From NCBI GenBank assembly GCA_964016885.1, contig OZ024741.1:293694001-293758000 (forward strand): DNA of 64,000 nt. The letters run 5' to 3'. A program made the translations under genes and the position numbers. Source of the stretch: Eledone cirrhosa. Taxonomy: Eukaryota. Below the pieces are notes generated by a model, which saw only the letters and a list, made by a program, of their open reading frames with translations, was not told the DNA's origin and made no database searches. Of the stretch, positions 13,125 through 25,197 are shown one piece after another (the stretch's first letter is position 1; the number at the start of each line of letters is the position of its first letter).

Positions 13125-13775
13125 AGCCACGGAGTAGGCAGACCCAGAAAAACCTGGGACGACTTGATAAATTCTGACCTCATACACCTCTCCAAGACAA
13201 TCTCACTGGACCGAGATCTTTGGCGCTACACAGTTATACAGAAGACCCGCCTTGCCTAAGTACAAAGCGAAACCTACAGTCAGTAGGCACCTCTAACAAA
13301 ATACACCCCCGTCCCACTATCCCCACCCCATCCACACCACCCCCTTAAATGTGAAGTTATGTTGGTACCACAACATCCAGTCCGAGACAAATGAGGTCGT
13401 GTAGGTGAAACGACAAAAAAACACACAGTCCACGCTGTAATGTGGCCGTGTAGGTAACATGATAAAAACCTCTCAGTACACACTGTAAACGTGGTTGGTG
13501 TTTGGAAGGGCACCCAGACGTAGAAAACCCGCCAGACGTGTATGTGTCTCGACAATAAAACACACAGTCCACGCTGTAATGTGGCTGTATAGGTAACACG
13601 GTAAAAACCTCCCAGTCCACACTGTAAATGTGGTTGGTGTTAGGAAGAGCATCCAGCAGTAGAAAACCCGCCAGACAGTCCTGAGCAAGACAACCAATCT
13701 TGCCTCAAGTGGGACAATTCCCGTCCAGACCCATGCTAGCGTGGAAAATGGACGTTAAACGATGATGATGATGAT
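13125..13775 (+). mobile_element. 5'-truncated RTE (subfamily B) with internal ~170-bp tandem duplication in the 3' UTR
   Basis: Encodes ORF end GVGRPRKTWDDLINSDL...QKTRLA*. The UTR block (ACACACAGTCCACGCTGTAATGTGG...GTAGAAAACCCGCCAGAC) occurs twice; (GAT)n tail; flanked by (TA)n. Confidence 0.85.
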
Positions 13776-13843
13776 CATATATATGTATATACACACACAT
13801 ATTCATATACATATATATAAATAACCACACACACACACGTATG

Positions 13844-13905
<62 letters not shown>

Positions 13906-14081
13906 TATATAAGAACATATATACATACATAAATATACACATATGTATATATATATATGTACACATATATGTATATACATATATATATATATATAACATG
14001 TATTATATATACATATATATATATATAACGTATATTATATATACATATATATATATATATATAATGTGTATTATATATATA

Positions 14082-14255
14082 TATCGGTAGAGGGTCGGAC
14101 ACCATGCTTTGACGCATAGAGTTACGGCCCTTGCCATTCTGAGTTCAAATCCCGCCGAGTTTGACTTTGCCTTTCATCCTTACGGGGTTGATAAAATAAA
14201 GTACCAGTAATATACTGGTGAATTGCTGGCATTTTGCCTAAAGTAGAAACAATTA
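14082..14255 (+). mobile_element. tRNA-derived MetaSINE-type SINE
   Basis: B box GAGTTCAAATCCC followed by GCCTTTCATCCTTACGGGGTTGATAAAATAAAGTACCAG (Meta-domain-like core). Confidence 0.8.
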
Positions 14256-14268
14256 TATATATAAAGTG

Positions 14269-14336
<68 letters not shown>

Positions 14337-14448
14337 AGAGGAATTCCAACTTTGTCTGATTTACTCGTTTTATTTACAATCCTTTAAAATATATATAATG
14401 GTATTATAATGAAATAGTATGATAGAATATTAAATTCTAAGTGTTAAT

Positions 14449-14487
14449 TGAACAAGTACTTTCATGCTTTCGCAATCTTCAGGTTCA
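14449..14487 (-). ncRNA. Minimal type I hammerhead ribozyme (3' pLTR, sense to the ORF)
   Basis: TGAAC CTGAAGA T TGC GAAA GCA T GAAA G TA C TT GTTCA: stem I TGAAC/GTTCA, intact core, GNRA-capped stem II, palindromic AGTACT stem III, CUU cleavage triplet. Confidence 0.8.
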
Positions 14488-14875
14488 TGATATGTGGTGA
14501 CAGTCGAGTTTGCAATTTTCAACTGTAATGAGATGGGTAAATTTCCTACCTTTTATACATTTTATACAGAGAAAAGTGGCTCCAGAATGCAAAGCCCTGT
14601 AAACTGTATTTCGACCAATCAGTGTGTAGTTTCACTGAATTACTACAGCTGATTGGTTTAAGCGTCACGGCTGGTTGAGCATGCTAACGACCAATAGTCA
14701 TATCCAACGTATCAATTGTTTTGCTTTTTTTTGAAATGATGAAAATAGCATTTTCTATTAATCATCACCATCAACATCACTTTTATTATTATTATTATTG
14801 TTGTTGTTGTTGTTGTTAGTGGTCGTGGTCATAGTGGTAGTGGGAGTAATACCCCTAGGCGTTATTATTGTTCAT

Positions 14876-17800
14876 TTAGCTTGGGTTTGAATTTATCAAT
14901 AACATTCTTTTCTTTGATTTTTCTCTTGATTCACTTGGGCTGTGTAATTTGTAGAATGGGAATATTATAAATATTCCCTGACCACATGTTGCCAGGTGGC
15001 CGCTTAGGGGTATCTGACGGACATTTGGGTCTCTGATTTGTTGACGGTGTACCCGTGCACGTTCCGATAGTGCATTTCCAGTTTGACCGACATATAGTTC
15101 TTCACAATTCGGGCATTTAATGCAGTAAATTAGATTTCTGCTTTTGCAGTTCATATTTGCATTTGGGAATATTTTTCCAGTTTTTGTTTTCATATATTGA
15201 CCGGCGTGTATGGATTGACATGTGCCGCATCGATTATCATTGCATTTAGATACAGTGAATGATTGGTCTTTGTTGTTAAGGTCAAACTTTGCTTTTGTTA
15301 GCAATTGCTTCAAATTTTTTGGCTGTCTTTTACTAAGAGTCAAAGATCGATCTGTGATTAAGCCTTTTAATTCATTACTTTGAGCAATGATCGGTAGGTT
15401 TGCTTTGGCTGTGTTGAAGATATTCTGGTGACATGGGTTGTGTGTCATTATAAATGGTATGACCAGTTCTTGGTTTCTTCTTCCTTGGGTTGTTCTAAGT
15501 TGTTGTATAGGTATTTTTATAGCCCGCTGTATGCCATTTTCTATAAGTAGGGATGGGTATTTTTGTTTGAGCAAAAATTCTCTTAGTTCTGTTAGGCGTT
15601 TGTACCTGGTATTCGTATCTTCTACAATGGTACAAATTCTTCTGGCTAGGCAGTATGGGATGTTGCGTTTTGTATGAGGTGGATGGCACGACTTAAAATT
15701 CAGATATTGATGGGTGTCTGTGTGTTTATAATATATATCCGTGGTAATGGTGGTGTCGTTTTTGATTATCATTATATCTAGGAATGGTAATTTGGTCCTA
15801 CTCATCTCTTTTGTGAATTGGAGAGATGGGTGTAGGTTATTCAGGAGGATATTGAACTCATCCAGAGTATCTAGAGATTCTGTCCAGATGATGAAACAGC
15901 CGTCAAGGTATCTCTTCCAAGATTTTTCAATGTACTTTCTAAAGTCAGTACTCTATTTCTTGGTAGAGTTGTTGTTCTAAGTATCCCATTACAGAGTTCG
16001 CGTAAACGGGATCAAACTTCGTTCCCATCGCTGTGCCTCTAATTTGGATGTAATTCTTTCCATTGAAGAAGAAAGTGTTGTTTTCCAGAATAAGTTTAAC
16101 TGCGTCTAATATAAATGGCGCTGTGAATCTAATGGGAATCACTTCTCTATGTTTTTCCACCCAGTATTTAACCGCCTTTATTCCTAAATCATGTGTAATG
16201 TTGGTGTAAAGGCTTACCACATCAAAACTGAGTAGAAGTGAATTCGTTTCCGTGGTTTTGGGAAGATGGGACAGGAAGTCGATATCATCCCGGATGAAAC
16301 TGGGTATTTGAATACATAGTGGTTTCAAAATAATGTCAACAAAATTGCTTAGACGGTGAGTGGGGCATGTTGGACCAGCTATAATAGGTCTAAGTTTTAA
16401 GTCTTTGGGGTGTAATAATTTAATGTACTCACTGTTTTGTTCTCTTACTGCCAGTTGTATTTCTTTTGACTTGTGAACTTTCGGTAGGCCATACAGGTTG
16501 CTGGGTTTCGACTCAAAATTGGTGATGTAGTCTCTTTCCTTATCAGTAAATGAGTTGTGGTATTTTGAAGCCAGGTTGTTGATCTTCTTCATGATGTTGT
16601 GGTCTATATTTGACGGTATTTCATGATAGAATGTTGTCTTTCAGTTGTTCCTCAACCAAATCCTTGTAGTATTCAGTATCCATTATAACAACTGCACCCC
16701 CTTTATCTGCTTGTTTAATTATTATTGTTTTATCATTTTGTATACGTTTAAGTGCAGACATTTCTGATTTGTTAATGTTTGGCCTAACATTAGTATTATG
16801 TCTAAGAGGAAATTTAGACAGGATGTCAATGTATTGGTCGAGATAGATATTTCTTCCTTTTGGCGGAGTGAAATTTGATTTATTCTTTACTAGTGATTCA
16901 TCACTCTCATTATTTTTAAAATAAAGTACCAGTAATGCACTGGGTAATTACTGGCCTTGTGCCAAAAGTAGAAACAATTATTTTTATCAGCGAAGAATTC
17001 TACAAGACGTAATTTTCGATAGAATTCTTGGGTATCCTCCTTCAGTTCTTGGTGGTTGACTGTTGGAGTCGGTGTGAATTTCAGTCCTTTTGACAGAATT
17101 TGCATTTCATCATTGTCAAGATCTCTTTTAGATAAATTAATTATTTTAGGATCTACGTGTACAGCTGTTTTGGGTATGTTTCCTCCTGGAGTTTTTCTTT
17201 TTCCGGTTTTTGTTGTCCTGACGTTAAAAAATGGATTTTTCTCTGTTCAGGATTTATATTCCTGTTGGTGTTCGCTTGATGAACTTTTGGTCGTGATATT
17301 ATATTTGGTTTCGTTATGTATTTTGTCCTATTTTTGGTATTCTGTATATTATTTTTCTTCCTGTTAGCATTATTTTTAACAATCTGGGAAAATGACCTAG
17401 GTTTGCTTTCAGGTTTAGATCGTTTTTTCGTCCAGTTTCTTGTGGGCTATCTCTGTTGAGATCTTGAGAGTGATCTGGTTATTCTACGTTTTGTTTCCAC
17501 ATTCCTTGTTGGTAGCCTCTGTTGAGATCTTGAGAATGATCTCCTGGTTTTACTACTTCTCATGGTCTGGTCAAAGGAATACCTATCGTGTTTGTGCGTT
17601 TTGTTCATGTTGTGTGCGATAGGGTGTTTTTGTAGAAAAAGCGAAGAGTTATTACCGTAGTTCTTCTTTGATTCAAGGTAAGGTGAGTGTTTGTGTTGGC
17701 ACGTGTTCTGGCGTATGTTGTGTTGATGAGATTGTCCACTTTTAATGCTTTTTCTCAGGGTTCCAGAGTCTTTACCGTAATTTGCAGCATATTCATCGAG

Positions 17801-18418
17801 AAATAATTGTTTCTGCTGCCATACCTTTCTTGATTTGTTTTCTTCTTTTGAGATATCTCCGATCCATAGTTCTCGTAGTTTTTCAGTTATAATACCAGTC
17901 GTTAGCTTTGAAATTTCAACTTCAATTTGGTCATCAATAGCTTCATATTTGGCTTTGTAGCGGGATTGTTTACATTCAGAAATGGAGATGTCGGTCCTGA
18001 ATTGTGTCAATGTAAGTTCCCATCGGAGTTTTGTTTATTTTTCTGGTTCTCCTGCAATTTCTGTAATTAGGTATTTACGAGGGAGTATGGGTGCCGTTAG
18101 AGAGAGCCATTTCGAATGTGTTTCGACATATTTTTCGCATCTGTATGCTTTCCAGAAATTTTGTTTTCTTATGTTAAGGAATTTTTTCCATGTCTTCCAC
18201 ATTTCTTTTCTTATTCGATGTGTTTTGTTTTCCAAATTTCTTTCGTTTAGTTCTGACATCCAAGGGGGTTGTGGTAGGCTTCCTCTTGTATCTTTGATAA
18301 CTGTTGGTATAATTTCAGCTAAATTCTTAATTTCAGAGTTTATATGTTCAGTTATAAGTTTTTCGTCTGTAGATTGTTTTTCTATTTCCTTTAAAATAGA
18401 GGATTGTGTGTCTATCAT
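14876..18418 (-). pseudogene. Disrupted PLE polyprotein: N-terminal region, RT, Cys linker, GIY-YIG endonuclease
   Basis: Motifs LSKGLKFTPTP, IIKQADKGGAVVIMD, LYGLPKVHK, LRPII, SFDVVSLYTNI, GTAMG, WKRYLDGCF (YxDD mutated to YLDG), LPFLDI, YLNFKSCHP, CNDNRCGTC, NLIYCIKC..LYVGQTG..ER..H. Several stops/frameshifts and a SINE insertion. Confidence 0.9.
16919..16976 (+). mobile_element. 58-bp SINE 3' fragment inserted in the Penelope ORF with 10-bp TSD
   Basis: ATTATTTTTA at 16909-16918 and 16977-16986; removing the insert restores FFADKNNESDESLVKNKSNFTPPKGRN. Confidence 0.85.
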
Positions 18419-18591
18419 CGTGATAAGTGTTGATAATTTCGATGATATCTCCTTTAGAATTCAGTTTACAGGGCTTTGCATTCAGTTTACAGCGCTTTGC
18501 ATTCTGGAGCCACTTTTCTCTGTATAAAATGTATAAATCTATATATCTCATTACAGTTGAAAATTGCAAACTCGACTGTCACCACATATCA

Positions 18592-18630
18592 TGAACCTGA
18601 AGATTGCGAAAGCATGAAAGTACTTGTTCA
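18592..18630 (+). ncRNA. Minimal type I hammerhead ribozyme (inverted 5' pLTR copy)
   Basis: Identical motif to 14449-14487 in the opposite orientation. Confidence 0.8.
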
Positions 18631-18790
18631 ATTAACACTTAGAATTTAATATTCTATCATACTATTTCATTATAATACCATTATTTATATTTTAAAGGAT
18701 TGTAAATAAAACGAGTAAATCAGACAAAGTTGGAATTCCTCTTATTAATATAATCTTCTATACACAATCATACACACCCGTGTATGTATA

Positions 18791-18842
<52 letters not shown>

Positions 18843-18912
18843 TATATATATATGTATATATATCATCATCATCATCATCATCATCGTTTAACGTCCATCT
18901 TCCACGGTAGCA

Positions 18913-18945
<33 letters not shown>

Positions 18946-18974
18946 GTGTATTATATATACATATATATAACGTG

Positions 18975-19057
<83 letters not shown>

Positions 19058-19438
19058 AATACACGTTATTTTTTACACAACATTTCCAACAAGAAAATAC
19101 AAGCCTAAACCTGCGAAAAACATACTAAAATCAAAATGAGAATCAAGCCATTACAGAGTATTTCCTACACCAACAAACATGTCTTTTTATGGAACATTTA
19201 GATTGATGCCTTAAATAGAGAACATTGGTAGGGCTTTTGTTTCCTTTCTTCTCTTTCTGTTCAGATTTTATAAAACTTGAATAAAGCATATCTCTGAGTA
19301 AACAGAGACATTGATATAATAGCTTAGAGATTTCAACAGGAATCTATGGAAATTTTCACTGCATACAAATCTATCATAATTATTATTAAATTTTCTTTTT
19401 CATAATGCCGCTTGTGTGTGAGTGCATATTATATATTG

Positions 19439-19440
<2 letters not shown>

Positions 19441-19477
<37 letters not shown>

Positions 19478-19479
19478 CA

Positions 19480-19515
<36 letters not shown>

Positions 19516-19619
19516 CATATTTATATATATATATACATACATATTTATATATATATATTTATATATATATATACATACATATTTATATATATATATATAT
19601 ATACATACATATTTATATA

Positions 19620-19653
<34 letters not shown>

Positions 19654-19810
19654 AATATATATATATGTATATATATATATATACATGTATTTATTTATGT
19701 ATGCATATATGTGTATGTATGTGTCTATGTAAATATGTGTGCGTGAGTTCTATGTATACATATATATGTGTGCGTATGTGTGTGTATATATATATATATA
19801 ATATATATTA
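19441..19810. repeat. Compound (TA)n/TACA microsatellite; representative of many such tracts (e.g. 6500-6735, 13780-14080, 18790-19040, 28040-28540, 29188-29291, 37560-37940)
   Basis: Direct reading; these tracts generate the YI/CV-repeat ORFs in the track. Confidence 0.95.
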
Positions 19811-20096
19811 TTTGTTCTTTGGTGTTGTTTTATTTTTTTGTTAATATTTTGTAACCGTTTTGCTGGACAGATAAACACTTCAGTGAAGATGAATAAATAA
19901 ATATCTGCTTCCATGAATATGTTGACTTCATTAAAATATATCTGGAAATTTTCTCTCTCCAGAAAAATGGACAGCTTTTGGTTTAGCTTGTCAGATAGAC
20001 ATGCAGTCAGACATTTTGAAAAACCGTAGACAAATAAATGCTCACATTACATCAATGTGTGTGTATATATGTGTGTATGTGCTTGTATGAATATGA

Positions 20097-20144
<48 letters not shown>

Positions 20145-20156
20145 TCACTAAATATA

Positions 20157-20356
20157 NNNNNNNNNNNNNNNNNNNNNNNNNNNNNNNNNNNNNNNNNNNN
20201 NNNNNNNNNNNNNNNNNNNNNNNNNNNNNNNNNNNNNNNNNNNNNNNNNNNNNNNNNNNNNNNNNNNNNNNNNNNNNNNNNNNNNNNNNNNNNNNNNNNN
20301 NNNNNNNNNNNNNNNNNNNNNNNNNNNNNNNNNNNNNNNNNNNNNNNNNNNNNNNN
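20157..20356. other. Assembly gap (200 N)
   Basis: Run of N. Confidence 1.
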
Positions 20357-20440
20357 AACAACACATGTAACCAATGCTAGCCTAGAAAAATGGACATGAA
20401 ACGGTGATGATTATATATATATACATATATACATATATAC

Positions 20441-21650
20441 TGGAAGCAGGGACTAGAGAGAAAGGGCCCTCAAAGTCAACATGACAAAGACTAAGGTCCT
20501 TATAAGTAGACGAGAAAACAGAACCCAGATCCCCTCAGGGAAATGGCCTTGCTCAGTATGTAGGAAAGGTGTAGGTAGGAACTCCATTCTTTGCCCCAAA
20601 TGCAAACAATGGGTACACAAGAGATGTAGCGGGATCTCAGGAAGCTTAATTAAGAATGTAGGATTCACATGCAGCAGCTGTGCTGAAACAGCAAGCAAAC
20701 AGCCACAGGAAACAAGTACCACCAATCTCTGGGAGGGCCCTGTAGAAACAGTAGACAGCTTCTGCTACCTAGGTGACCGAATTAGCAACGGAGGTGGGTG
20801 CCTCAGAAAGTACAATAAAATAGGGTAAGAACGGGATGGAAGAAGTTTAGGGAACTACTACACTGCTAGCTGCAAAAGGCTTCTCCTCAGAATGAAAGGC
20901 AGACTGTATGATGCGTGTATCCGAACAGCGACGTTGCATGGTAGTGAGACCTGGGCGCTGAAGGTGGAAGACTTACGTAGATTAGAGAGAAACGAAGCCT
21001 GCATGCTCCGATGGATGTGTAACAGTAATATACGTGAACGACAAAGCATAAATGAATTGAGAGAGAGACTGAGCATAAGAGGAATCAAATGCTGCGTGCA
21101 GGAGAGGCGGTTACGCTGGTATGGACATGTGATGCGTATGAAGGATGACAGCTGCATAAAAAGGTGCAGAGCACTAGAAGTTGATGGAAACCGCGGAGTG
21201 GGGAGACCCAAGATGACTTGGGATGAGGTGATAAAAGCCGACCTTACCCAACTACACCTCTCAAAGTCAATGACACACGACCGTGGACTTCTGGCGTCAC
21301 GCAGTAATACAGGGTACCCGACCTCCCATGGGTACATGCTGAAGCATATAAACAATATGCCCCCCCCCCCCCCACCGCAAGGTGGTCGTGGAGGTGCCAC
21401 GGCAAAAAAGCACCCAGCCCACACTGTAAAGTGGACGTGTAGGCGCCACGAAAAAGCACCCAGCACTCACTGTAAATGAGGTTGGTGTTAGGAAGGGCAT
21501 CCAGCTGTAGAAATCAAGCCAGATCAGTTCCTGTATGAGCAAGGCATGGTCAGCCGACCAGACACTGCCCACAACAGGACAACCCGTCTAACCCATGCTA
21601 GCGTGGAAGAACGGACGTAAAACGGTGATGATGATGATGATGATGATGAT
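20441..21650 (+). mobile_element. 5'-truncated RTE-clade LINE (subfamily A), PHD-like finger + C-terminus + 3' UTR
   Basis: GLKVNMTKTKVL, CSVC..CPKC.WVHKRC..CSSC, VDSFCYLGD, KGRLYDACIR, LHGSETW, RRLRWYGHVMRM, GRPKMTW; (GAT)n tail. Confidence 0.92.
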
Positions 21651-22887
21651 ATATATAATATATATAATCTGTGTGATGTTTGACAGACATGAGAATGAAT
21701 AAAAAATGCATATATACATACACACACACACATATACACTTACATACACAAACATACATACTGTAAGGCATGTTATCTGATGCTCTAATGATTCTAAATA
21801 ATATCAAATGTTATATATTTCTTTGCAACAATTTCAGATGAAAATATAACATGAGATACTCTCCTGGGAATTGAACTTTAAATATTTCTCTTGCCCAATG
21901 AATGTACTACTAGTTATACAATACAAACAAAAACATACACACACACATACAAACACACACACAAAAATAACATGTTAAATGCTGATGTTGATATATATAT
22001 GTGTGTGCATGTTTGTATATGATTATACACAAATATATATGAATTTATGCTGTGTGTGCGTGTGCATACATATATTGATTTATATATGTATGTGTGTGTG
22101 GCACCATTGTACACTAACAGATCTTACCATTTGCTTTTTCACTCAACTTATTTTTGCTAATTCACAACACCGACCACTCAGGAAGAAATTCTCTCCTTGA
22201 ATTCTTGTGATTATCTTGAATTGGTAAATATGATACTTGAAATCCTCTTGTAAACATCTTTTCTACAACACTGTACCACATTATTTACATTTTTCTCTAT
22301 ATTTACTCATTGGATGAATGTATAAAAAACCATCATTTTCTCTGTGTGTGTATGTGTAAAATTGATGTAGTGGCTGTCAAGACTAATTGATAGTAGAATA
22401 CAATTTACTAATGTCTTTTACATTTGAGTAGTAAGTGAGGAGAACTAATTTTATTGTCTTCAATACTACAACGTAGCAATTTTTTTCTCTTTTTTTCTTT
22501 TTAAATTTCAGATCTGTGTAATCGGTATTATGTCTTCTATTGATATTGAAGATATAATTCTTCTGTATCTATTGCAAACAGAACCAACTATTTTTTTCAC
22601 TCATTTACACACACTGCACATATATACACCCACACACAAACACTCACCAATGCAATTCCTTTACCTGTCAATAAACTTGACATCAGCAGTTTGTGTCTAT
22701 TTTGATTCGTTCATTCAAAATTCACACAGATATCTCGATTGTAATGATGTCAGTCTGAGTGATATCTGATCAAACAGTCAATGTTTCAAATATCACCAAC
22801 CCCTACCATAAACCACTGCTACAAATAGTTTACTGTGTCTATCATGCCAGTGCTTCTTAACTATGAAATAGAGCAGTCAAATAAACT

Positions 22888-23132
22888 TTAGCTCTTTCGA
22901 TTCCAAACCAATTGAAACTGCCCTTAGTTCTAGGATACAAAGCTGTTTGTTTTAAAATGTTTATCTAAAATCTTCCATCGTGGTTTTATGCAAAATCCAT
23001 TGTTAAGTTATGTTCCAAATAGCAGCTTAATTTCATGAAAGTTAGTTATTTTACTAAATCTCCAAAAACTCTTGATTATTCAAAAACCATAGGCACTATC
23101 TTTCATTAGAAATTTAGTAATAAAAGGGTTGA
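22888..23132. mobile_element. Decayed piggyBac-like MITE (related copies at ~25312-25568 reversed and ~61207-61456)
   Basis: Ends resemble TTAA-CCCTTT...AAAGGG-TTAA; shared internal TATGTTCCAAA..AGCTTAAT motif between copies. Confidence 0.45.
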
Positions 23133-24168
23133 ATTGCTAACATGAATTCATGCCATCCTATAAATCTGGTTTGGATTAATATTAGTCATCAGTGAGTGCA
23201 AATTTCAAGTATCTTCAGGTCAATTTGTGCTTGTATGTGTACATGATATAAGGGGACAATACATAGTAGGTGAAAATAAAAGTATAGTGCAGTGTCAGCA
23301 GGGATAAAGAAGATTAAAGAAGTTTAAGGAAGAAGTGGTGAGGTCATATTAAAAGTGCTAGACCTCATGGACAATAACTGAATGGAAACTGTTTTAATAT
23401 ATGAATTTTCTCACATAAACATAAATGGCATCGATCTGATCGGTCTGAATGAGGCTTTGAACTTCGTGTACACAGCCACACCTACTGACATTAATTTAAC
23501 CAATTTAAAAAGCCTGTGCCTGTCATGGGCACAGCCACTCCTCATAATATTGATCTGACCAATCTGAAAAGAACTGACTCGTGTGGACACTGCCAGAGTT
23601 GCCTGATTGGGCTACATGTTGTGCATTACAATATTTTTCAGGACTATACACTAACACATATTTACATTTTTTTAAATTTGTGTCTTTTGTTATTTTGAAA
23701 TGTTAATTTCTAAAAGAAAGAATTCTATTGAATATCATATTAAATTATCAACTAAGCAAATTAGAAGCGACCTGTAGGCGACAGTATTGACATCAATGAC
23801 AATAATGGTGGAAGTGGTTGTGGAGATTCTAATGGTGACAATGATGAGGATGGTGAAGATAATGATGATGATGAGGAGGAGAATGACAATAAAGATGATG
23901 AGAATGTTGAGGATGATAATGATCAGGATGATGATGAGTATGGTGATGATGATAATATTAGTTTTAAACTGGACAGCTGCAGCCTGTGGATTGTAAGGCC
24001 ATATTACTAAAATGTTTTTTCTTTGTAATTAGCAAAGATATTCATTTGCCAGCAGCAAATTTATGAGGAATTCAACTTCTCTTTTATTACACTGTCGTTA
24101 ACAATGTTATCAACGCTTTGCTATTAAAAAATTAATGATATCAGTTTTGTTAAAACTTTACAATTCTA

Positions 24169-24226
<58 letters not shown>

Positions 24227-25064
24227 ATGTGTGTATTTCTCTAGTCTCCGTCAATATCTCCTCCTTGATCCATCTTCCTTCAATCTTTCTTTACCCTCCA
24301 CCTTTTCCTCCCCCAAAATAGACAGAAATGGCCCATGGTGAGTTATGAGTGTCTTTTATGGCCCATGAAGAATGATGCTATTTGTTCAGTCAGAGACATG
24401 GCAGTGTTGGGAGGGGGGAAGAAGGTGTTGATTGGACTTTTATATGTTACATTATTTTATTTTCATTTCATTTATCTTATTTTTAATTGCAATAATTTGT
24501 AATTTCAGTCTCTATAAAATAAGGAATGATGAAAAATGCTTGTAACATGCCTCTCCCGTTCTCTCTTATTCCTACCCCTTTTCCCTTGCTTCTCTTCTTC
24601 CATTACCCAACCCCTACCCAGCAATTATATCACTGCAAAATATAAATATATGAGATACTATTAAAAGACATGTGTATCAGTATCAGCTCTAATACTGCCA
24701 TCACTGCTGTCAGCTTTGATCAGAGATCAGACACACACTCATACAAATGTACAGGTACACACATACATATACATACATACAAATGCACACATACAAACAT
24801 ATACAAATGCATATGTACACACATACACAAATGCCCAGGTACATACACATACACACACAATTGCACTTGTACACATATGCACCCACATATGAGCATATAC
24901 AAATGCATATTCCCACACATGCACTTACGCATGCACACAATTATATTCACATATGTTCAGCATTTTACACATTTCTTTCATCTCCACAGTGTCACAGCAA
25001 AGGCTCTCACCTTGAGTGGAGGAATATCAATAATATTTTTGGTGTATCCACCTTAATTGTCATT

Positions 25065-25197
25065 TCTACAGCTAGGTGAACTGGAGCAACAGGAAATAAA
25101 GTGTTTTGCTCAAGGACATAATGCTTCAGCTAGTCAAAGAATTGATCCCTTACTTGCAGATTGCAAGCCCAACACTCTAACCACTAAGCCATGTGTC
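25065..25197 (-). mobile_element. Second tRNA-derived SINE family (also ~29060-29185 -, 34070-34190 -, 50620-50730 +, 51345-51480 +)
   Basis: tRNA-like head (TGGCTTAGTGGTTAGAG...TCAATTC) followed by TTGAGCAAGACACTTTATTTCACATTGCTCCAG in all copies. Confidence 0.7.

Larger units (their letters stand above)
14332..18747 (-). mobile_element. Penelope-like retroelement (Neptune-type) with inverted pseudo-LTRs (14332-14606 and 18483-18747)
   Basis: RT and GIY-YIG motifs on the minus strand; ~270-bp near-identical inverted terminal repeats, each with a hammerhead motif; inserted among (TA)n. Confidence 0.93.

Noticed and set aside
14082-14160. tRNA gene
   Set aside because: A/B boxes belong to SINE heads; no complete cloverleaf.
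20042-20399. ORFs spanning X runs
   Set aside because: Artefacts of the 200-N gap.
20790-20895. Cluster of 1-nt indels in RTE-A copy 1 relative to copy 2 as a biological signal
   Set aside because: Close to an assembly gap; may be consensus errors at a contig edge.
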